Of a stretch of 64,000 bases of DNA, positions 48,355 to 55,938 are shown piece after piece (within the stretch, counting starts at the first letter, position 1; every line of letters starts with the position of its first letter). Under the pieces are notes generated by a model. The model had not been told where the DNA came from and made no database searches. It saw only the letters and a program-made list of their open reading frames with translations. Both the position numbers and the translations under genes were made by a program. The stretch is from Nanobdellota archaeon (GTDB taxonomy: Archaea > Nanobdellota > Nanobdellia > Pacearchaeales > GW2011-AR1). The DNA lies in assembly GCA_038045945.1 (NCBI GenBank), contig JBBSXC010000004.1, forward strand, positions 1-64,000. The letters are read 5' to 3'.

Positions 48355-50289
48355 TTATTCTCTTCTTGAAAGTCTTACAGCTGCAATTATTATTGCTGCT
48401 ATTAAAATAATATTAGCTAATACTATAACCCAAATAACCCAGTTTTCCTTAATGCTGTCAATTATTGCTGAACCTGAAGGTGCAGATGAACCCTTAATGA
48501 ATACAACTGCTTCTTGATCAGTAATAACACTACCTTTTGATGCTCTAATAGTGAATTTTTGTTCTCCAGAAGTGCCGCTCTTAGGAGTTAAAGTTATTGT
48601 AACGTCTCTGCTTTCTCCTTTAGCTAAAACTACTGATGAAGGCTCAACACCATCAAGAACAGCCCATGATTCGTAACTGAAAGGAATTATTGAGAAAGTA
48701 CCAGCATCAGAGTTAACATTTCTAATACTAGCTCTAATAACTAATTCTTTACCAGCAACAGCCTCAGACTCTAAAGTTGGGGAAATTGTTAATAAACCAT
48801 CGGAAGATGATCCATCATCTACACAGTTACCTTCAACTCTGAAAGATCTTAAGACACGATCATTAACAGACTCATAGTTATCATTTCTTGAGTTGTATTC
48901 GTGTCTTGCTTCAATACCTAACTGGAATAATTTTTCATCAGCATCTTGGGGTATGTCAATATTGAATATTACTCTCTTGCTTTCACCAGCGTCAAGGTTA
49001 CTTAATAATACTTCTTGGTCTATTCCTAATTCATCATTAGTTACACTTACAAGAACTCTCTTCTGATCTTTGTCGCCAATGTTGTGAACTTGTGCTTCAA
49101 GACTAGCGCTTGAACCACACATTAAAGGACTTTCAATCTCTAAATCAGTTATTCCAACTTCGTAATCATCACGATCATTAATGCTTATACTTTCAAAAGC
49201 CCTAGAGTCCCAACGGTTATCGCATTGTTCGTCTTGGTCACCGTCAAAGTAAGCTTTAACGTATAATCTTGCATTGTCAGGAGTGTCAGCTGGAAGAGTG
49301 AAGTTGAAAAGGAATGTTTCCTCATCATCATCATTTATTGAGATTGTTTGTTCGTCTTCGAATAAGTTGTCGCCGTTTTCTGGGTCGTAAAGAGTGATAG
49401 CAACAGTTACGTCTTGTTCATCATTATCATTGTTTCTAGCTTCTATTTCAAGTTCTATTTCTTCAAGAAGATCCCAATCGAAGTTACCATTGCTTGATGT
49501 TTCATCTTGAACTGAGACTATCTCAACATCGTTACCTATTTCACCAGACTCACAGAAGTCTTGGTTGAATGTTAAAACAGTTGAAGTGCTGAATAATGTT
49601 GAAGCAGCTCTAATAGTAGTGCTTGCTGAACCAAGAAGTAAATCAATGTCTTCAGGATCTTGGGAGTAAGTAACATTAATTATTTTAGTCTCTTGAGGGT
49701 TAAGATTGAAAGACTCAGTTGGAGTAAAGCTTAATGATAATTCTTCATCATCAGAATCTCTAACAGCGTTATTCTCAATGGAAACAACAATATTAGTTAT
49801 AGGTTGATTACCATCATTCTTTATAGTTACAGAAGCATTATTACTGCTCTTGTTAAGAATAACAGGGCTTTTTAAGAATTTTAATGAAGCAAAAGAATTA
49901 ACAGCAACTGATACAGGAATAGAAGCTATTGGAACACCACTACTGTAATTAACAAAAATTGTTCCAGATGTAGGATTAGTTGAATACTTAGGAACAGTCA
50001 ATTGTAAAGAGTAAGAATTAGTACCACTTGGTACAATAATATCACTAGTCTTGCTTAAAACAGGATTCCATGAGGAAAACCCAGAAGTTCTTATTATTAC
50101 ATTAGCATCAGCTACATCAGAACTTGCAAGAGTGAAATCAAAGGAAATTGTTCTAGTAGTACTATCATCACTAGGATTAGTAGAGTTTGAAAAGCTTGTT
50201 TGCGAAGCAGTTATTGTAGCACTAACGGAAACTACAGCTAAAAGCAATATTAAACTTGCAAAAATTATACTAAATAATCTCGATTTCAT
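48355..50289 (-). CDS. Putative second S-layer-like protein with CARDB/Ig repeats and a C-terminal sorting-like TM
   Basis: Signal peptide; acidic Ig domains; IKENWVIWVIVLANIILIAAIIIAAVRLSRRE end; one gene away from the sortase. Confidence 0.82.
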   Translation of the reverse strand: MKSRLFSIIFASLILLLAVVSVSATITASQTSFSNSTNPSDDSTTRTISFDFTLASSDVADANVIIRTSGFSSWNPVLSKTSDIIVPSGTNSYSLQLTVPKYSTNPTSGTIFVNYSSGVPIASIPVSVAVNSFASLKFLKSPVILNKSSNNASVTIKNDGNQPITNIVVSIENNAVRDSDDEELSLSFTPTESFNLNPQETKIINVTYSQDPEDIDLLLGSASTTIRAASTLFSTSTVLTFNQDFCESGEIGNDVEIVSVQDETSSNGNFDWDLLEEIELEIEARNNDNDEQDVTVAITLYDPENGDNLFEDEQTISINDDDEETFLFNFTLPADTPDNARLYVKAYFDGDQDEQCDNRWDSRAFESISINDRDDYEVGITDLEIESPLMCGSSASLEAQVHNIGDKDQKRVLVSVTNDELGIDQEVLLSNLDAGESKRVIFNIDIPQDADEKLFQLGIEARHEYNSRNDNYESVNDRVLRSFRVEGNCVDDGSSSDGLLTISPTLESEAVAGKELVIRASIRNVNSDAGTFSIIPFSYESWAVLDGVEPSSVVLAKGESRDVTITLTPKSGTSGEQKFTIRASKGSVITDQEAVVFIKGSSAPSGSAIIDSIKENWVIWVIVLANIILIAAIIIAAVRLSRRE

Positions 50290-50453
50290 TTTGTGTTGTA
50301 ATTGTGGAGTTATAACCTTTTATAAACTTTTCGGTAATTTGAAACAGAGCATTATAGGACTTATTAGTAAGAGGTATTATTCTAGACTAATGGATTAGGA
50401 CAATGTTTATAAACGGATTATACGTCTATAAATCATCTAAAAGGAGGTAAAAT

Positions 50454-50804
50454 ATGGCAGCAAAAAATAGCAGGTCGAACGCTATAGGCGCTTGGGCTTT
50501 CCTTATTGGTGTGGTTTTAGCAATCGTTTTAGGACTATTCCAATCAAGCCTTGGCAACGTTACTTGGATCCCAATAGTCTTAGTACTTATTGGTTTAGTG
50601 GTAGGATTGTTAAATGTTGGAGCAGCTGAAAATAGTAATTTCTTACTGGCTTCAGTTTCTCTAGTTATCGTATCCTTCATGGGTAGCGCAGTCTTAGCAG
50701 TTGTTCCTCAAGTTTCACTAATACTCTCTGCTCTAATGATTCTTTTCGTTCCAGCAGCAGTTATAGTAGCTTTAAGAACAATTTTCGTTATAGCTAGAGA
50801 CTAA
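50454..50804 (+). CDS. Four-TM membrane protein
   Basis: Strong SD AAGGAGGT; GAWAFLIG..GLVVGLLNV..E..FL..PAA. Confidence 0.85.
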   Translation: MAAKNSRSNAIGAWAFLIGVVLAIVLGLFQSSLGNVTWIPIVLVLIGLVVGLLNVGAAENSNFLLASVSLVIVSFMGSAVLAVVPQVSLILSALMILFVPAAVIVALRTIFVIARD

Positions 50805-50828
50805 AGTCTCTATAATTTTTATTTTAAA
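50795..50828 (+). terminator. Hairpin plus T-tract terminator
   Basis: TAGAGACT-aa-AGTCTCTA spanning the stop codon, followed by T runs. Confidence 0.5.
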
Positions 50829-50874
50829 ATTTTTTAAATTTTTGAAGAAAGGGGATTGAGAAGTACCTCTAGTT

Positions 50875-51420
50875 TTATGATGAGTAAAAAGCATGCATCC
50901 CAAGTGTTATACCAGAAAGGGTTGTAACTTCTCCAATAACTCTTCCACCCCGGGCAGCACTAAATCTTATCGCTCGTTCATTCTTCCACGGCCCATGACT
51001 AATTGCACCAATCACAACCCTGCCATCAACAGAAGAGCGTAAAGCTCTTACAAGTCCATGAACAGTACGCATTCCAACGAGTTTATCACGACCCTTAACC
51101 GCCAATTGATCTATATAAACGAAATCTCCAGACAGGTCTGAAAGAAAATTAAAAACAGGGTCATCGCTCAGAGTAGTTTCTTTTCCTCTTAATCGATTTG
51201 TGAATGCTCGATCATAGGCTAAGCAAAAACCACCAAGCACACTTGGTTGGCTAGAAACAAGAAAAAGAGGACTTTCTAATCTTCTCTTATATTGATCTAA
51301 CGATAGGGAATAACAATAAAAGCCCGCGTCTTGATCAGAAGATGGCGAATCAACTAAAAGAGAATCAGCGAGTAACTTTACTTCAGATAAATCTGTCTCA
51401 GCAGCTTTCTTAATCACCAT
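50875..51420 (-). CDS. GNAT-like hypothetical protein
   Basis: VIKKAAETDL..FVYIDQLAV..NERAIRF..G pattern. Confidence 0.6.
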   Translation of the reverse strand: MVIKKAAETDLSEVKLLADSLLVDSPSSDQDAGFYCYSLSLDQYKRRLESPLFLVSSQPSVLGGFCLAYDRAFTNRLRGKETTLSDDPVFNFLSDLSGDFVYIDQLAVKGRDKLVGMRTVHGLVRALRSSVDGRVVIGAISHGPWKNERAIRFSAARGGRVIGEVTTLSGITLGMHAFYSS

Positions 51421-51421
51421 T

Positions 51422-52060
51422 TTACTCCAAATCCTTCATCTTTGTTATTCTGTCTAAGCTTATTATTCTTGAGTCATCTTCTTCTATTCTTGGGCATGCA
51501 GTGTTTACCCAGAAGTCTATGGGGAAATTTTCGAATTCTCTTACATTAATGTTGTTTGTTAAGAACAAATACATGTTTTTGTCCGTGTTTTCTGGTAGTT
51601 TAACGAAGTCTATGGCCTTACCCAAGTCTTGCTGACCATACTTGTTCGATACTAATAACCCTAAGCTGTTAGCCGAATAATACTTTGATAGTTTAGCTTT
51701 CCTTGTCTTTTCTGCTTCTAACATATAATTAGGATCTACCTTCGTTATTGAGTAACCATCAAATAATGTGATGTTTTTTGATATTCTGAAAAGGTTAGGG
51801 TTTGTTGCGTGAAACTTGCCTGAACCTACGTGTAAGATAGGCATTTCGCTTATTCCTAACTGGCGACAACCTATTATTTGTAAAAATTTGCCTACCTTTA
51901 CCCCCCCTTTCTCTAATTCTTCTTTTACGTGCTTTGCAAGGTTATAATACTGTATAGAATAGGTTATGTGTGTCTCTTTTGGTGACTGCTTGACTAAACT
52001 TTGCAGTTTTGCTTCATCAAAATCAAGTTTCTTAACAGCACGAACAAATATAGTCTTCAT
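51422..52060 (-). CDS. dph2: Diphthamide synthesis Dph2-like protein, N-terminally shortened
   Basis: QIIGC, GSGKFH, GLLVSNKYGQ and NTACPRI motifs. Confidence 0.85.
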   Translation of the reverse strand: MKTIFVRAVKKLDFDEAKLQSLVKQSPKETHITYSIQYYNLAKHVKEELEKGGVKVGKFLQIIGCRQLGISEMPILHVGSGKFHATNPNLFRISKNITLFDGYSITKVDPNYMLEAEKTRKAKLSKYYSANSLGLLVSNKYGQQDLGKAIDFVKLPENTDKNMYLFLTNNINVREFENFPIDFWVNTACPRIEEDDSRIISLDRITKMKDLE

Positions 52061-52098
52061 AAGAATGTGAGATAAAGAGGAGATTATAAAGTTAACCT

Positions 52099-52506
52099 TT
52101 ATTCTTCAAACATTGGGTCTTTCTGTGCTTGTGGTTGTTGGAACTGCATTCCAGGCTTGTATATCTCTGCGAATGATGGTGTTGCTATGATAGTGTTTTC
52201 TCCAAATCCTGCTACACTACCATCTAAAGCTTCAACCGTCTTCTTAATTTTAGAAATTGCCCTCTTAAGTTCGACAATGTCTCTTGATTTGATTTGTCTA
52301 ATATCAATAACTGCTATTGTGTATCCTTCTCTTAAAGCAGCTAGTATGTCATTTATGTCTTCAAACTTCTTTATTACGAAAGGTCTGATAATGATTTTTG
52401 ATTTTTTCTCTTTTTGTTCAACGTCTATTTCAACATAATCTTCGTCGAATGATGAGTCTCTACCGAACAAGTTTGAAAAACCCTTTTTTAATGTGTCCAT
52501 TGCCAT
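52099..52506 (-). CDS. sepF: Cell division protein SepF
   Basis: DILAALREG..LKRAISKIKKT..GSVAG..IIATP. Confidence 0.9.
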   Translation of the reverse strand: MAMDTLKKGFSNLFGRDSSFDEDYVEIDVEQKEKKSKIIIRPFVIKKFEDINDILAALREGYTIAVIDIRQIKSRDIVELKRAISKIKKTVEALDGSVAGFGENTIIATPSFAEIYKPGMQFQQPQAQKDPMFEE

Positions 52507-52572
52507 GGATAGTTTAATAATTCAATGGTATTTAAAGATTTCTATAAAATTTTAGTATATTATTCCTCGTCG

Positions 52573-52905
52573 TTACTTCGACGGCTTCTTCTTTGTGAAT
52601 TCTTCACGAATTTTTTCTGCTCTTTCTGATAATTGTTTTTCTTGTGAATCCATTGCTTTAAGTCTTAAATTCAATAATTTAACTTTTTTTTCTATTTCTG
52701 TCTTTATTGAGTCTTTATCTGACTTAATCATTACAGAACCTATAATTTTGAATACTTCCCCATCAGAGTTTTCTAATTCTTCTAATGCGTGCTCACTCTC
52801 ACTTAACTCAAAATCAAATGCTTGTTTCTGCATGCTTATGGAATGAAGATTTTGCTCAAGCATTTGTATTTCAGCTAGACTTTCAGAATCTATTTTCTCA
52901 GACAT
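52573..52905 (-). CDS. pfdB: Prefoldin beta subunit
   Basis: Coiled coil with ALEELE..VFKIIGSVMIK. Confidence 0.93.
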   Translation of the reverse strand: MSEKIDSESLAEIQMLEQNLHSISMQKQAFDFELSESEHALEELENSDGEVFKIIGSVMIKSDKDSIKTEIEKKVKLLNLRLKAMDSQEKQLSERAEKIREEFTKKKPSK

Positions 52906-52910
52906 TTTTG

Positions 52911-53048
52911 TTATATTGCCTTAATTTTCTTAACCGCTGTTCTTGGCTTGAAGAATATTTTTGACCCACAGTTAGGACAAACAAACCTTGCTTCCAAGAT
53001 TTTGTGTGTTGTTTTCTTATCGCACTTAAAACATTTATATGCTGCCAT
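52911..53048 (-). CDS. rpoP: RNA polymerase subunit Rpo12/P (45 aa, not in the ORF track)
   Basis: MAAYKCFKC..VCPNCGSKIFFKPR..IKAI; conserved eL43-rpoP-pfdB order. Confidence 0.92.
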   Translation of the reverse strand: MAAYKCFKCDKKTTHKILEARFVCPNCGSKIFFKPRTAVKKIKAI

Positions 53049-53088
53049 TGATTATTTGTTGATTAACTTCCCTTTTAAATTTATTGAT

Positions 53089-53304
53089 TTATTTTAGGTA
53101 GTAAGCACTTGATGCGAATTCTTTACCACACTTCTTACAGTTCCATATTCCAGCTGATCTTCTCTTAGCTGTTGGTGACTTGCAGAATGGGCATACTTGT
53201 TTTCTTCTTTGTTTGCTTTCAACATTAACAAAGTTATCTCTAACCTTTCTACCGTAACCTACGGCGAATTTTCCCGCATGCTTTACTCTCTTTGTGTGTG
53301 CCAT
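53089..53304 (-). CDS. rpl37ae: 50S ribosomal protein eL43 (L37ae)
   Basis: AGKFAVGYG..CPFC..AGIWNCKKC..FASSAY. Confidence 0.95.
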   Translation of the reverse strand: MAHTKRVKHAGKFAVGYGRKVRDNFVNVESKQRRKQVCPFCKSPTAKRRSAGIWNCKKCGKEFASSAYYLK

Positions 53305-53413
53305 GATTAAATAGTTGTAATCTCTCTAGAAAAAGAGGGTTTTTAAACCATTTGCTTTTACTTCTCTAAAATAGTCTCGAAGAGATTATATACTTTCTGA
53401 CCTTTATTTATTA

Positions 53414-54295
53414 ATGGTAAAATTATACTATTCTAGGCTCTCTAATGAAGAAAAGTCGACGATTAAACAATTAACAGAGGATGGTAAAAGTTTGAGAGAA
53501 ATAGCAAAAATAATGAGTCTTGGGATAACCACTATTTATTATTATACTAGAAAATTTAAACCAAAAGTAAAAGAACCATTTGTTAATAAACTAAAAGATT
53601 TTGAAGTAGGCGAGCTTATTGGAGCTTTTGCTGGGGATGGGAGCTTTATTCATCGCTTTAAGACTAATGGTGGTAGAAACTCTCAATACACAGTCAGATA
53701 CCATCTTTCTTTAATAACTGATAAAGAATATGCTTCATATCTAAGCTCATTACTAGAGAAAATTAATTTAAACCCGATGACATCATTTGTAGAAAAGTCG
53801 CATAGGCTAGATGTTACAATAAACTCAAAAGATTTCTATAATCTTGTTAAAGAGTACTTAACCTGGAAGGAGGATAAAACACTTAGCATAGAATTATCAA
53901 AACCAATCAATGAATATTATGATGATTTCTTAAGAGGTTTTGCTAGAGGGATTATGGACACTGACGGTTTTTTAAATGATGCTAACGCTGGATGCGCATG
54001 TATTTCTGAAAGATTGATTGATAACCTAGCAGAAATATTTATGAAGTTTAATCTAAATATCTCAAGAAGTTGCATTCAAAGATCTGGAAATAGAAGACAA
54101 ATATTTTATATCAGAGTTTTAAGAAAGAGTCTTGAGGATTATATCAGGGATATAGGTTTCTCTAATTTGCACAAATCAAAAAAATTAGAATTCTTGATAA
54201 ATAAAAATGGGGCTGCCCAGATTCGAACTGGGATCATGAAGTCCCAAACCTCAGATACTAACCAAGTTGTACTACAGCCCCATCTGAATAGTTGA
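53414..54295 (+). CDS. Free-standing HTH plus double-motif LAGLIDADG endonuclease-like protein
   Basis: HTH GKSLREIAK..TTIYYY; LIGAFAGDG and FARGIMDTDG; no intein motifs. Confidence 0.88.
   Translation: MVKLYYSRLSNEEKSTIKQLTEDGKSLREIAKIMSLGITTIYYYTRKFKPKVKEPFVNKLKDFEVGELIGAFAGDGSFIHRFKTNGGRNSQYTVRYHLSLITDKEYASYLSSLLEKINLNPMTSFVEKSHRLDVTINSKDFYNLVKEYLTWKEDKTLSIELSKPINEYYDDFLRGFARGIMDTDGFLNDANAGCACISERLIDNLAEIFMKFNLNISRSCIQRSGNRRQIFYIRVLRKSLEDYIRDIGFSNLHKSKKLEFLINKNGAAQIRTGIMKSQTSDTNQVVLQPHLNS
54208..54281 (-). tRNA. tRNA-Pro(UGG), intronless, CCA not encoded
   Basis: Reverse complement: GGGGCTG/CAGCCCC+A; anticodon arm TGAGG-TT-TGG-GA-CTTCA; T-loop TTCGAAT; own TATA box near 54308-54313. Confidence 0.95.
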
Positions 54296-54345
54296 ATTTA
54301 GAAGCGTTTTTAATCCTTTTGTATAACAAACTCAGAAAATAAAAA

Positions 54346-55104
54346 TTACTTCTTAGCTGCCGGTTTCTTAGCAGCTGCTGCTGGTGTTGCCACTGCCCCT
54401 GCTGCCGGCTTTCCTGCAGCTGCTGGTGTTGCTGCTGCCTCTCCAGGTTTAGCTGCTCCAGTACCGACTGTGCCTGCTGTTTTTCCAGCTGCGGCTGTTG
54501 CTGCAGCCTTTGCTGCTTCTTCTTCAGCCTTCTTCTCTTGCTCTTTCTTGAGCTCTAGTTCTTGTTTAGTCTTTAATTCACTAAAGTATTTGTCTAAAGC
54601 TTTTCTTTTTTCTTCATCTACTTCTGTTTTTTCCAGCTTTATTTCCTTATCATAAATTCCCTTATCTATTTCTTTCATTACTTCTTTAGGGTTTTTACTC
54701 TCTATAAGTATCCCAGCACTTACGCATGACCCTACGACTATTTTTACTGCTGATTTGAATCCCGATACCATCATTCCTTGCTGCTTAATCTTTGCTACAC
54801 CAATTATTTGTTCTATTGCTAAGTTTCCCACTTTTTGCGTTTTTGCGCTTCCTGATGCACTCTCTATTCCTAACTCTTTCTTAAGTAAAGCCGAAGTTGG
54901 AGGTGTTGATACTTTTACGTCGAATGCTTTTGTTTTTGTGTTAACGTCTAATGCTACTGGTACTTTCATTCCTTTGAATTCTTTTGTTGATGCATTAACT
55001 TTTGCTATTACTTGGCCTATGTTTACTCCAACAGGCCCTAGTTGCTGAGCTATTGTTGGTCCTGGCTTCATGTCCCCACCATCTACAAGCAATTTAATTA
55101 TCAT
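54346..55104 (-). CDS. rpl11: 50S ribosomal protein uL11 with a long Ala/Lys/Pro tail
   Basis: KLLVDGG..PGP..LGPVGVN..GMKVPV..PPTSALLKKE. Confidence 0.96.
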   Translation of the reverse strand: MIIKLLVDGGDMKPGPTIAQQLGPVGVNIGQVIAKVNASTKEFKGMKVPVALDVNTKTKAFDVKVSTPPTSALLKKELGIESASGSAKTQKVGNLAIEQIIGVAKIKQQGMMVSGFKSAVKIVVGSCVSAGILIESKNPKEVMKEIDKGIYDKEIKLEKTEVDEEKRKALDKYFSELKTKQELELKKEQEKKAEEEAAKAAATAAAGKTAGTVGTGAAKPGEAAATPAAAGKPAAGAVATPAAAAKKPAAKK

Positions 55105-55604
55105 GTGAATAAGTCCTCATCATCTGTGTCGTTTTCTTCGCTTTTTAATTCTTCCGCTTCATCTCTTCTTATGATTCTTAAGTTGTCTAACTTTACTGTT
55201 ACTGGTATTGGTATCGCTGCTGACAGTATCGTTACTACTACTTCTCCCTTTTGTTTGTCTACTCTTACTACCTTTGCTTTTTCTTTCTTGAATGGTTCCG
55301 CAATCATTTCAACAATGTCATTCTTCTCAATATTTATGTCTTCAACAGTTGGTTCTAACATAGTCTTTATTTCTTCATAAGTTACTGTTTTTCCGATTAT
55401 TCCTTTCACGTATTGTAAGTTGAATGCTGCTTCTTCTGCATTAGCTCGATCAAGTGCTTCTAGAAGTACGTATCCTCGTAAACCATGAGGTCTTGACATT
55501 GCATAAACTGCTAATCCTTTCTTTCTAACTCTGTCAGCTATCGATTCTAATGCTCGATCTTCCTTGTTTGTTGTTACTTTTATTACGAATATTGATGATG
55601 CCAT
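55101..55604 (-). CDS. spt5: Transcription elongation factor Spt5
   Basis: NGN domain (LRGYVLLEA) plus KOW (DIVEMIAEPFKKEKAKV); IPIPVTV. Confidence 0.96.
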   Translation of the reverse strand: MASSIFVIKVTTNKEDRALESIADRVRKKGLAVYAMSRPHGLRGYVLLEALDRANAEEAAFNLQYVKGIIGKTVTYEEIKTMLEPTVEDINIEKNDIVEMIAEPFKKEKAKVVRVDKQKGEVVVTILSAAIPIPVTVKLDNLRIIRRDEAEELKSEENDTDDEDLFT

Positions 55605-55699
55605 ATTATTTGTTTTTTAATCCCAGATAAGTGTTTAATTTATCTAGAATAAAGATTAAAGTGAAATTAGGGTATTTATAGGTTTCTATAAAAAAATTG

Positions 55700-55891
55700 T
55701 TATTTGAACAAGCTCAGAATTATTGATATTAGGAATCCTAATAGTCCTAAAGCTAATATTCCTAAACCAGAAATTTTTGCTATTGACTTAAACTCATTCA
55801 TGCTTGGTTTTCTAAGTAGAGACCAAACTCTTGCACATTGAACGAAGAAAGACTTCAAATCAACAATTTTATCCTTAACAGTCATAAACAA
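55700..55891 (-). CDS. secE: Protein translocase SecE/Sec61-gamma
   Basis: RVW..LRKPS..EF..IAK..GLGI..LG..GF. Confidence 0.93.
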   Translation of the reverse strand: MFMTVKDKIVDLKSFFVQCARVWSLLRKPSMNEFKSIAKISGLGILALGLLGFLISIILSLFK

Positions 55892-55938
55892 ATATGAGAA
55901 AAGAATGTTTTTAAACTTTGAGATTAAGAGATGACTAT

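Noticed and set aside
53305..53413. att-type duplication of the tRNA-Pro 3' end, i.e. an integrated element
   Set aside because: No copy of the tRNA 3' sequence and no integrase.
53414..54295. Intein- or intron-encoded endonuclease
   Set aside because: No Hint motifs (N-terminal Cys, C-terminal HN) or host exteins; the tRNA is intact and intronless.
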